A stretch of DNA of 64,000 nucleotides, taken from positions 120,466 through 184,465 of IMG/VR virus record IMGVR_UViG_3300035188_001379; one strand, 5' to 3'. This DNA comes from a virus. The position numbers and the translations under genes are program-made. This document shows positions 56,159 through 64,000 of the stretch, piece after piece (position 1 is the first letter of the stretch; every line of letters begins with the position of its first letter). The notes under the pieces are model-generated. The model saw nothing but the letters and a program-made list of their open reading frames with translations. It had not been told where the DNA came from and did no database searches.

Positions 56159-56893
56159 TTAAGCGTAAGGTTCAAGTTCAACACGAGTAGGCAGCGCCTC
56201 TTCAGTATAAGATTCAGGACGTTCCCTCATCTTCTTGCGTAGCATATAGGTAAGATACGCGGCTCCTGCGCCTGTACTCAGAAGCCCTGATGCGGCAGTA
56301 TCTATTGCGGGCTGAAATGGCTTTTTCGCCACGCCCCCAAGTTCTCCTAAGAGTCTACGAATGCTTCCTTCTTCAATTGCTGTATCGTTGGGATCTTCTG
56401 CTTCTTTTTCAAACATAAGCTGATAGGCTACCCCGTTACAGAATGCATCCACGCAAGGAGTTTCCTCGCTTGAGGAATCAGAGCCTGTTTTGATCTGGCT
56501 CAAAACGTCGATATACTCTTTCTGGGCTTGGGCTAGCTCTTTCTGAATTCTTTTCTTTTCGGCAAAATAGAAATCTTTCTTAGCCTGTCCAAAACCTTGC
56601 TGACTTCCTAGTAAAAGCTGAATAGGTACGTTTTGTGTTTTTACAGCTCTCGAAAATATGCCAGGAGCATCAAGGTCTTCAGCAACCTTTGCGGAAGGTA
56701 GCAAGGAGGCGGGAAGAGGAATTCTAAGAATGTTAGAGTCTTCTTCCTCAAGCCTGGCCTGCTCGAGGCGTTTTCTAAGCTCGTTTTCTTTAGCAAGTTG
56801 AATTGCGCTGAACAAACTGCGCCCAAAGAGATTCGAGGCTTCCTGAGACTCTTCAGGAGAGAGAGGTATAGGTGTAGAAGATTCTTTTAGCAT
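56159..56893 (-). CDS. K-x-A family protein
   Basis: AKVA-EDL; FEKEA-EDP; hydrophobic segment near the C-terminus. Confidence 0.65.
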   Translation of the reverse strand: MLKESSTPIPLSPEESQEASNLFGRSLFSAIQLAKENELRKRLEQARLEEEDSNILRIPLPASLLPSAKVAEDLDAPGIFSRAVKTQNVPIQLLLGSQQGFGQAKKDFYFAEKKRIQKELAQAQKEYIDVLSQIKTGSDSSSEETPCVDAFCNGVAYQLMFEKEAEDPNDTAIEEGSIRRLLGELGGVAKKPFQPAIDTAASGLLSTGAGAAYLTYMLRKKMRERPESYTEEALPTRVELEPYA

Positions 56894-56895
56894 AA

Positions 56896-57285
56896 TTATT
56901 CTTTTTCTTTTTTACTTCCGTAGATGATAAACACCCTGAAGCTTCCTTGTGGAGTCCATGTATCTTTCCAGAGTGAGATCAGATATTTTTTGTTGTTCAT
57001 CAGCTCGTTGAGCATGTCCTGGTCGCGCTGTTGTTCAGGATCGAGAATGATGTTCTTGAAGACATAGTCTGTCATGTCTCCTGCAGAAGTTTTGCGTTTA
57101 ATTCCTTTTGCATGCTCGAAAGCATCGATAACCGTTTCAGGATCAAAGCCTTTATTGGTTACTTCGTTGCGAATGTTCCTGGCTTTAGAAGACGTGCGCA
57201 AATCCGCGGCACTAGAACCAAAGTCGAAGTGCTCGGTGGCTGTATTTTTTCCGTTGTCTGATAGCCTAAATGAGTCCATGTTCAC
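56896..57285 (-). CDS. Hypothetical protein
   Basis: 129-aa ORF in operon; alternative ATG at 57279. Confidence 0.6.
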   Translation of the reverse strand: MNMDSFRLSDNGKNTATEHFDFGSSAADLRTSSKARNIRNEVTNKGFDPETVIDAFEHAKGIKRKTSAGDMTDYVFKNIILDPEQQRDQDMLNELMNNKKYLISLWKDTWTPQGSFRVFIIYGSKKEKE

Positions 57286-57610
57286 GTTTCAGATTGTTTG
57301 TGATTTGTCTGACTAGCTTGATTTTGTCTCTTTCGCGTTGAAGGGCCTTATTCACAGAGTCGACAGAGCTGTCCATCTCATCCATAGTAAGCCCTGCCAT
57401 AGCTCCGCCTGCGAGAGAGCCTTTGATTGCGAGCTCTGGAAGACTAGCAAGGCTTAAGCTGGGGGCAAGGTTTTCTGCAACTTTCAATACTCCTTCACCT
57501 GTATTCAAGTTCTGAAGAGCATTCTCAAAAACTTTCAAAGAGGACCCTTGTTTTTGTAGCTCGAGAGAAAGCTCTGCCTTGATTGCCTGGGCTGTTTTTG
57601 TCATTTCCAT
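57266..57610 (-). CDS. K-x-A family small protein
   Basis: MTKTA-Q; LKVA-ENL; GSLAGGAMAG. Confidence 0.6.
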   Translation of the reverse strand: MEMTKTAQAIKAELSLELQKQGSSLKVFENALQNLNTGEGVLKVAENLAPSLSLASLPELAIKGSLAGGAMAGLTMDEMDSSVDSVNKALQRERDKIKLVRQITNNLKREHGLI

Positions 57611-57615
57611 AAAAG

Positions 57616-58005
57616 TTACATGCGAATTCTTGAGCGTCCTGTATCAGGATCGTAAGTTGTGAATTTATTTTCTTTAAACTGATTGTACATTATATTACCA
57701 ATACCAAACCCTGCCAAGCTCATTAGTGTTTGTGCGGGTTTGCTCATGCCTAGGTATGATGCGGTGGCTTTTGTGAGTGCAGCTCCTGCAGCTCCGACAA
57801 CAAGATGGTCTACCCATTCCGGACTATCTAGCATTGTGAGTAGCGAATTCTTTTTATTAACATCTATACCATGATCGTGCATCACGACATGCTTGAAAAC
57901 ATTTGGAGTGACCTTTGTGGGGTCATAGTATTTTGTGGCGTATGGAGGAGCATCTGCAATGCTGAGCATCGAGTTTGTGTTAAATGGAGATGCGGCTGAG
58001 TACAT
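57616..58005 (-). CDS. Small protein with Gly/Ala hydrophobic hairpin
   Basis: LVVGAAGAAL...LMSLAGFGIG. Confidence 0.6.
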   Translation of the reverse strand: MYSAASPFNTNSMLSIADAPPYATKYYDPTKVTPNVFKHVVMHDHGIDVNKKNSLLTMLDSPEWVDHLVVGAAGAALTKATASYLGMSKPAQTLMSLAGFGIGNIMYNQFKENKFTTYDPDTGRSRIRM

Positions 58006-58008
58006 AGG

Positions 58009-58875
58009 CTATTGAGTTTTGATCGCCATGCTTCCTAGCGTAGCTGCAGCTGAAGGAAGTATAGAGTATATTTCGTGTGATGTGCGAGAGGCAGGATTCA
58101 TTGCACGCTCGGTTACTCTGTCTGGATTGATATGGTCGAGTACTTTAGACAAGCCTTTGCTCGCAGCATAGCCTCCTACGAGACTAGTAATTGGTCTGCT
58201 TGCGTGAGAGGCCACAAAGTTAGAGCCAAAGTCGCTTACTCCGTGAAGTACAGACTTTAAAGCAGAAGAGGCCTCCTCTGCATCCATCTCAAAGGCCTGC
58301 TTCATGTGATCGTTTCCTCCCTCAAGCAGACTTGAGGTGTTAATTACTGCTGAGGGGCTCTCTGTGGTTGCCGACTCGCTCAGATCACCCATTTCAGGCT
58401 TGAGATTTTCTTCCATAGCTTTGAGCTTTGCTACGAACTTTTTGCTAGGAGAGTATCTCCAGTTTTTACCTTCCTCATGCTGAAGCATGAAGGTAGGATT
58501 TTTTCTGCCGTCAGCAAGAGTCATATAGATGTTGTCAGGACTGCTTCTATGAATCTGCGCTGTACCTTTACCTATAGCGTCTTTGTCGAAATCGAGAATG
58601 CTATCCTCGCCCAGTCTACTTACCTTAGCGTCTTCGCTAGGATATTCTTCTCCTAGTCCTCCGAAGCTATAAACAAGGTTGCCGTCGCTGAGTTTTAGTC
58701 CGTCGCGAGTACGCACATACTTCCATTTTGCCTGACCTGCCAGTGTGGGTAGAATGTTCTCGTTAACAGGCATGCTAGAGATGTCCAGAGCCTCTTTAGT
58801 AAGGGCTCTCGCACTCTTCTCTAGTTCTTCCTGCACTCCAAGACAGAAGGCAGGCATATAGACACGCATTACCAT
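58009..58875 (-). CDS. K-x-A family protein
   Basis: AFCLGVQEELEKSA-RALTKEA-LD; MKQA-FE. Confidence 0.65.
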   Translation of the reverse strand: MVMRVYMPAFCLGVQEELEKSARALTKEALDISSMPVNENILPTLAGQAKWKYVRTRDGLKLSDGNLVYSFGGLGEEYPSEDAKVSRLGEDSILDFDKDAIGKGTAQIHRSSPDNIYMTLADGRKNPTFMLQHEEGKNWRYSPSKKFVAKLKAMEENLKPEMGDLSESATTESPSAVINTSSLLEGGNDHMKQAFEMDAEEASSALKSVLHGVSDFGSNFVASHASRPITSLVGGYAASKGLSKVLDHINPDRVTERAMNPASRTSHEIYSILPSAAATLGSMAIKTQ

Positions 58876-58876
58876 A

Positions 58877-60568
58877 TTACGGTTGAGGTTGTTGAGGTGG
58901 CGGAAGGCTCGCAGAATAGCTCTGAGGCGTCTCGGGTGCCCCTACAAAAGGATTCTGTCTGTTATAGGCTGCAGCAAAAGGATTCATGCTGTTTGCTCCT
59001 GAGCCGTACGGATCTTTCCACTTGTTCATCATCTGAGGAAGATAGTTGTAGCCTGCGATACCTCCTAGGATAGGAGCAATGAGTCCTCCTGCCCCTTCAA
59101 GACCCATTTCTCTAGAGATCAGCATAGCCAGCAATGCTCCTCCCACTGCTCCTGTCGCCTGGTTGCTCATGAATGGAACAACTCTATGGCGATCAGCCTG
59201 CAGACCTGAAGCGTCTTGCGCTGGACTTGCTCCTCCTACTCCTAGTCCGTTTAGTGCTTTTTTGCCTCCATACAAACCTAGTCCTGTTGCGGCTAGCGCA
59301 CCAGCAGGCCCAAAGGCTTTATACGCCCCTAGGGCTCCTGCACCTGCAAGAGGACCAAGCGGGCCTAGGATAGGAGAGGCTAAAGAACCTAGCATGCCTC
59401 CAGTAAACGCACCTTTCACTCCTTCCCATGGAGCAAATCTGAACATTCCCTTTCCTGTGCTGCGTGTGCCTGTAGCCACATGAGGAGCTGCCTGGTCTGC
59501 CCAGCTGGGAGCATTTTCTACTCCTGTGTGTCCTATGTCTGCGGCATGACCTTTCATCTTTTCTAGATGGTCAACAAGCCCCTGATCTGCCGGATGTGTT
59601 TTGCCTGGAGTGGTAGAGTGGATGTTTGTGACTCTGGAAGCCACACCCTTACCTACACCTGATCTTGCAGCAAGAGGATCGAATTTTCCTGCGCCAATGT
59701 CTTTGAGTGCTTGCGCTGCGTCTGTTTTGGCTGAGCCAGTACCGAACTCTGCAGCATGAAGGGTGTCTAGATAGGTTCTGTCTAGAATTCCCTGGTTTTC
59801 TTTAGCAAATCCTTCAGTCAGCTGAGATGCAGCGTCAGATTTCATCTTTTTGAGCGCGCTGAAGGCTTTGCTGTTTTGCTTATAGAGATCAGGATTGCTG
59901 GCCATCAGATCCTCGGCAAGCCCGTAAGATCGCGCTCCCTTGAGTTTGTCGAGCCCTTCTCCATGAAGCACTTTACCTGCGTCGTCGACGAATGCTCCAA
60001 ATTGCTGTCCTTTGGCGATAGCTTTCTCTGCGGCAGGAGCTGACCTTGCATTCCTAAATACTCCCTTGGCCACGTCGCCTAGAGCTTTGTAGTTTCCTCC
60101 TCTAAAGAGTTGCATACCTAGATTTCCTAGATTGGCCAATCCTTTGAGGTTGACGGCTTCTTTTGTCATTCCGTCGATGAAAGCGTCGTCTGCTCCTTCT
60201 TTTCTGAGCTCGTCAACAATTCCTTCCCATACACGGACCGCCTCGATTTGTGCTGCCTTCTCGAAGCATTCTGCACTCTTTGTGAAAGCGTCGATCTCGG
60301 TCTCTGAGTATGATGCACTCTCGCAGAGGCTGGCCATTTTTTTCAGCTCTCGATTCAGATACGCTAGATAGTTTGATTCCTCTCTTTGCTTCTCGAGAGC
60401 ATTCTTCTCTAGTGTCTCCTCTAGCTCCCGCACTATTCCCTCGTAGAAAGGGTTCTGGGCACCCGCCTGCTTCTGAATCTCTAGGAACAGAGAGTCTAGA
60501 GTCTTCTCGTTGCTCGTCTGCTCTCCCAAGAGGGCTTTTTTCGCTAGTGGATGGTTCGTTCTGTTCAT
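58877..60568 (-). CDS. K-x-A-rich protein with Gly-rich hydrophobic C-terminal region
   Basis: Several KxA sites in the first 140 aa (KQA, KNA, KMA, KSA, KAA, KEA-VNL); Gly-zipper-like segments. Confidence 0.7.
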   Translation of the reverse strand: MNRTNHPLAKKALLGEQTSNEKTLDSLFLEIQKQAGAQNPFYEGIVRELEETLEKNALEKQREESNYLAYLNRELKKMASLCESASYSETEIDAFTKSAECFEKAAQIEAVRVWEGIVDELRKEGADDAFIDGMTKEAVNLKGLANLGNLGMQLFRGGNYKALGDVAKGVFRNARSAPAAEKAIAKGQQFGAFVDDAGKVLHGEGLDKLKGARSYGLAEDLMASNPDLYKQNSKAFSALKKMKSDAASQLTEGFAKENQGILDRTYLDTLHAAEFGTGSAKTDAAQALKDIGAGKFDPLAARSGVGKGVASRVTNIHSTTPGKTHPADQGLVDHLEKMKGHAADIGHTGVENAPSWADQAAPHVATGTRSTGKGMFRFAPWEGVKGAFTGGMLGSLASPILGPLGPLAGAGALGAYKAFGPAGALAATGLGLYGGKKALNGLGVGGASPAQDASGLQADRHRVVPFMSNQATGAVGGALLAMLISREMGLEGAGGLIAPILGGIAGYNYLPQMMNKWKDPYGSGANSMNPFAAAYNRQNPFVGAPETPQSYSASLPPPQQPQP

Positions 60569-61775
60569 TTGAGAGCGTAATTACTTTTTTTATTGTATTT
60601 GACTTCTTCTTTTTTTGCAAGAGTGGATGCATGTATAATCCTGCTTCGTCTCTAGAAGGAATGTGACTCTTGCCGAACCTCTGAATTCCTGTATTCAGAC
60701 TGTCACCTCTGCACAGCCATATAAGGTTGTGGTAGCATTCTACAGTAGCCTTGTTGAGCTCTCTGAGATTGTCGCTTCTCACTTCGCGCAGATACTGAGA
60801 GGCTAGAGAGTAGGCATTGAAGAGATAGTCTACAGCCTTCTCTATGCTAGCGTATGTTTTTCCAGCCTTGAACTCGAGGTTTGAGTCTCTGAGTATTTCT
60901 AGTTTGCGATCAGAGTAGTTCTTGTTGAACTCTTCCTCGATCATCCTGAGTTTCTCTTTGTGTTCCGCATAGTTCTGCTTCTTTTCTTTAGGTATGAAGA
61001 AGAGCAGGTGTGTATGAGGATCGTATAGGCCTTTCTCTATGCTAGAGACGCTGATTTCATGACTTCTCATATAGGAAGGAAGCAACTTCTTCTTGTGGCA
61101 CAATCTGGAGAGCTCTAGAGCATTAGTCTTGAAGAAGCTTTGAATCATCTCTTTGCAGGCCTGTGGATCTTGAAGGCTTACGCTTTTGTCTAGAGTGATC
61201 ACAGCCTGATAGGCAACGAATCCAGCCTCAAACAGTCTTTCTACAGAGTAGCTCTTCTTAAACTGCGCTGCAAACCTACGGCATGTTTTAGCGTCTACAG
61301 CTCGAGTATCCAAACATTCGCTAGAGTATGCTCCAGCTCTAGAGAGTAGGTTAGAGCGAACACTGTCTTTACCGTTGTTAACAATGTTGGTCATATCACA
61401 ACCAATGTTAAGTAGTAGATGAGCCTCTAGGTCTTTGCGCTTTAGGCCAAATCTGTTTGCATTACCAGATAGGTCAGACCCTAGGAGATCTTCTAGCGTG
61501 AGTTTGTCTTCTCTAGAGAGCTTGTCCCAATAGGTGATATAGTTGTCGATGTTACACCAGTTCAGATCGTACTTATGAGCTACATCACCTTCAGGCTCGA
61601 TAAATGCACCAGAAGAGGATAGGCTAGGATGAGAAGATCTGAATCGCTCCACATCGTACGAGCAAGGAGGAGCTATCCTAGCGAACTTGTATGATCCCTC
61701 GTATACGTGAGAGGAGTCAGGAGAGTCAGAGTCAGAGTCAGTGAGAAACTCAGTGAGAGAGACAGCCGAGGGCAT
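60213..61775 (-). CDS. Rolling-circle Rep-like HUH endonuclease domain protein
   Basis: AVITLD (motif I-like), SYMRSHEIS...YDPHTHLL (HUH), KAVDYLF (motif III-like). The last about 118 codons overlap the next gene. Confidence 0.55.
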   Translation of the reverse strand: MPSAVSLTEFLTDSDSDSPDSSHVYEGSYKFARIAPPCSYDVERFRSSHPSLSSSGAFIEPEGDVAHKYDLNWCNIDNYITYWDKLSREDKLTLEDLLGSDLSGNANRFGLKRKDLEAHLLLNIGCDMTNIVNNGKDSVRSNLLSRAGAYSSECLDTRAVDAKTCRRFAAQFKKSYSVERLFEAGFVAYQAVITLDKSVSLQDPQACKEMIQSFFKTNALELSRLCHKKKLLPSYMRSHEISVSSIEKGLYDPHTHLLFFIPKEKKQNYAEHKEKLRMIEEEFNKNYSDRKLEILRDSNLEFKAGKTYASIEKAVDYLFNAYSLASQYLREVRSDNLRELNKATVECYHNLIWLCRGDSLNTGIQRFGKSHIPSRDEAGLYMHPLLQKKKKSNTIKKVITLSNEQNEPSTSEKSPLGRADEQREDSRLSVPRDSEAGGCPEPFLRGNSAGARGDTREECSREAKRGIKLSSVSESRAEKNGQPLRECIILRDRDRRFHKECRMLREGSTNRGGPCMGRNC

Positions 61776-61915
61776 AGTGGGAGAATCAGTGATATCGTAC
61801 AGCTAGTCAAGCGTAGCGTAGGCTAAGTGAGGGAGAATCTAACACTACTACTATCTCTATAGGTACCAGCCACTCCTGCTTGCCTATTCTCAGGTTTTAA
61901 GATATACTTTCCAGT

Positions 61916-62239
61916 ATGAAATCCACCTGCAGGTCTATCAGTCAGATAAAGACCGTAACCATACGGGGCAAACGCTACCGCTTTGTGGTGAAGAAGCTCA
62001 ACAAGGCCCGAGGGCTCACCGAGCATCCAGACACGAAAAACAAGACCGTGTACATTGACGAGCGTGAGCACGGGAAAGACCTGCTGGCTACACTTATCGA
62101 CGAGTTCATTCATTGCGCTATCTGGGAAATCCGGAATGATGTAGTTGATCAGATTTCTGACGACATTGCAGATGCCTTATGGAGATGCGGTCTTAGATTT
62201 ACTGACGAAATTGAGGAGCCTACAGATACTCCCGATTGA
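61916..62239 (+). CDS. Small zincin-fold-like protein with degenerate DExxH motif
   Basis: LATLIDEFIHC where related small phage proteins typically have LIHExxH. Confidence 0.5.
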   Translation: MKSTCRSISQIKTVTIRGKRYRFVVKKLNKARGLTEHPDTKNKTVYIDEREHGKDLLATLIDEFIHCAIWEIRNDVVDQISDDIADALWRCGLRFTDEIEEPTDTPD

Positions 62240-62270
62240 TATTTGCTCTAGAGTGCGCTAATATCTTTCT

Positions 62271-64000
62271 ATGTCTGGTAAAAATTATAAGTACGCTCTT
62301 GTTAACGGTAAGCTGCAGCGAGTATCTGCTTCGCAGAAATCGAAGTATAGTATTCCGGATCCTTCCAACTTCTTCAGTCCTGTTACCAATCTGATTCCTA
62401 GCCTCAGTTCTGTTTCCGGGGCACGTGTACTTATTGGAGATAAGTCTTCGCTTCAAGCGATGACCCTTGTCAACCGCGAAGCCCCTCTAGTGCAGTCTGC
62501 TCCAAAAGGAGCCAAGACGAGTTTTGTTAAAGAGTTTGGAAAGCTGGTAAGTATCGTCTCTAAAGCTGACGGGAAAGTGAGCGAAATCAGCGACGACCAC
62601 ATCATCGTCAAAGACAAGTTTGGCAAAGAGCATACCCACGATCTGTACTCAAACTATATTGTAGGTCGTGAAAGCTACATTCATCATACCCCTAAAGTTG
62701 CAGTAGGAGACAAGGTGACTGTTGGGCAGCTCCTAGCCACATCCAACTATTCAGACAATAAAGGTACACTGGCCCTTGGGATGAACCTTAAGACTGCTAT
62801 CATGCCGTACAGGTCTTTGAACTTTGAAGACTCTTTGGCTATCTCAGAAACAGCCGCCAAAAAACTCGAGGGAGAGCAATTGATTCCTGTCCGTATGGAA
62901 ATTGCTCGGGGATTATCTACAGACAAAGACAAATTCATTTCTCTATTTCCGAACAAATATTACAATTCGCAGCTGGGCAATATCGCAGCTAATGGGGTAG
63001 TTAAGCGTGGAACTGTACTCAAGCATGGTGACCCTGTGATTCTAGCTTTCCAGCCAAAGACTCTAAAGTCCCTTGATATTCAGCTAGGAAAATTGTCGAA
63101 GGTTATCCGTAATGCCTTTTCTGATATTTCTGTGCCCTGGTCCTACGAGTACGATGGAGAAGTCACTGATGTTGCAGTCACAAGCAAGCTGGTCTCTGTT
63201 ACCGTAAAAACCAAAAGACCGATGAGCTTTGGTGACAAGCTCAACATGCCCTTCGGAGCTAAGGGAGTTGTGCATATCGTACCAGACACGCAAATGCCTC
63301 AAGACTCTGACGGTAAGCCTGTGGATGTTCTACTCAATACTATGAGCATTACTTCTCGTGTGGCTCCTGGCCTGGTTAACACTATAGGTCTTGGCAAGCT
63401 CGCCGAAAAGAAAGGTAAGAGTTTGAATGTGACAGGCTTTGTCGAAGGGTCTGCAGTCCAGAAAGTGATAGACGTTTTGCGTAAACACGGAGTTTCAGAG
63501 ACAGAAAAACTCTATGATCCTACATCAGGCAAACACATAGATGTTCTCACCGGCCCGCTCTACTTCAATAGACTGCATCACATTGCAGAAGACAAAATAT
63601 CGTCCAGGTCGGCAGCTACAACGTACGATATTAACATGCAGCCCAGTAAAGCTGGTTCTGACGAGAAAGCTAAACGACTAGGTAATTTGGCCACGACAGT
63701 AGCCTTGTCGAATGATGCAAAAGCAGTATTGCGGGATGTGGCTACTGTTAGAGCTACAAAAAATGATGAATTCTGGACCTCATTAAAACTAGGACACACG
63801 CCTCCTCCTCCTAAAGTACCGTTTATTTTTAATAAGTTCATTAGCCATCTTCAAGGAGCTGGAGTAAATGTAGTGCAGCAAGGATCTAAATTTCACATAA
63901 AGCCTCAAACAGATAAAGATATTGTCGCACTCTCTCACGGCGAAATTAAAGAGCCTCTCAGCTACAAACTAAAGAAGGATAACCTTATCCCAGAAGACGG
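62271..64000 (+). CDS. rpoB: RNA polymerase beta C-terminal fragment running in-frame into a beta-prime N-terminal-like sequence (truncated by window edge; not in ORF track)
   Basis: Manual translation from ATG 62271: TNLIPSL...EAPLVQS; ALGMNLKTAIMPYRSLNFED; GDKLNMPFGAKG; DGKPVDVLLN; RLHHIAEDKISSRS; then LSHGEIKEP...PEDG. Confidence 0.88.
   Translation, partial: MSGKNYKYALVNGKLQRVSASQKSKYSIPDPSNFFSPVTNLIPSLSSVSGARVLIGDKSSLQAMTLVNREAPLVQSAPKGAKTSFVKEFGKLVSIVSKADGKVSEISDDHIIVKDKFGKEHTHDLYSNYIVGRESYIHHTPKVAVGDKVTVGQLLATSNYSDNKGTLALGMNLKTAIMPYRSLNFEDSLAISETAAKKLEGEQLIPVRMEIARGLSTDKDKFISLFPNKYYNSQLGNIAANGVVKRGTVLKHGDPVILAFQPKTLKSLDIQLGKLSKVIRNAFSDISVPWSYEYDGEVTDVAVTSKLVSVTVKTKRPMSFGDKLNMPFGAKGVVHIVPDTQMPQDSDGKPVDVLLNTMSITSRVAPGLVNTIGLGKLAEKKGKSLNVTGFVEGSAVQKVIDVLRKHGVSETEKLYDPTSGKHIDVLTGPLYFNRLHHIAEDKISSRSAATTYDINMQPSKAGSDEKAKRLGNLATTVALSNDAKAVLRDVATVRATKNDEFWTSLKLGHTPPPPKVPFIFNKFISHLQGAGVNVVQQGSKFHIKPQTDKDIVALSHGEIKEPLSYKLKKDNLIPED

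Larger units (their letters stand above)
1..64000. mobile_element. Segment of a large (jumbo-type) tailed bacteriophage genome
   Basis: Mostly orphan genes, tRNA cluster, fibre-like genes, PhoH, class II RNR, dCMP deaminase, HNH, split RpoB. No ribosomal or other cellular housekeeping operons. Confidence 0.9.

Noticed and set aside
49183-62271. Intron or intein joining of the rpoB pieces
   Set aside because: Pieces lie on opposite strands and out of order, each has its own start and stop, and no intein terminal motifs are visible.
1-64000. Stop-codon reassignment as in some large phages
   Set aside because: Long ORFs are intact under the standard code and TAG, TAA and TGA all end genes at sensible boundaries.
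1-64000. Eukaryotic giant virus origin (glycosyltransferases, papain, MYG1, LRAT)
   Set aside because: Bacterial-type tRNAs, sigma70-like promoters, Tat signals, PhoH and bacterial-type RpoB motifs point to a bacteriophage.

Overview
This window is best read as a 64-kb segment of a large (jumbo-type) tailed bacteriophage genome. Support: dense short orphan genes behind TGGTATAAT promoters, three bacterial-type tRNAs, fibre and virion-like genes, PhoH, a class II ribonucleotide reductase, dCMP deaminase, and an RNA polymerase beta subunit split into three separate genes, the last running into a beta-prime-like sequence at the window edge. Two Tat-signal DUF1501 proteins and the lack of Shine-Dalgarno motifs suggest a Planctomycetota/Verrucomicrobiota-type host (inference). 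Layout: 1-6.5 kb, small promoter-gene-terminator cassettes and tRNAs. 6.6-25.4 kb, a family of modular proteins whose domains (acylphosphatase-like, RelA/SpoT-like, P-loop kinase, HExxH zincins, GT-B, several micro-domains) begin right after a recurring K-x-A motif or a GF(V/L/I)KRA helix. 25.4-35.9 kb, fibre-like genes including a 2195-aa repeat protein. 36-41.2 kb, a glycan-modification cluster. 42.8-49.1 kb, nucleotide/cofactor metabolism (phoH, pduO, MYG1-like, nrdJ, dCMP deaminase). 49.2-64 kb, the rpoB pieces flanking a minus-strand block of repeat proteins, more K-x-A proteins and a Rep-like HUH gene. The strongest candidate for an undescribed system is the K-x-A-tagged modular cargo family, possibly a capsid-targeting and proteolytic-processing code for injected effectors. 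Family assignments come from motif recognition by eye; no database searches were run.
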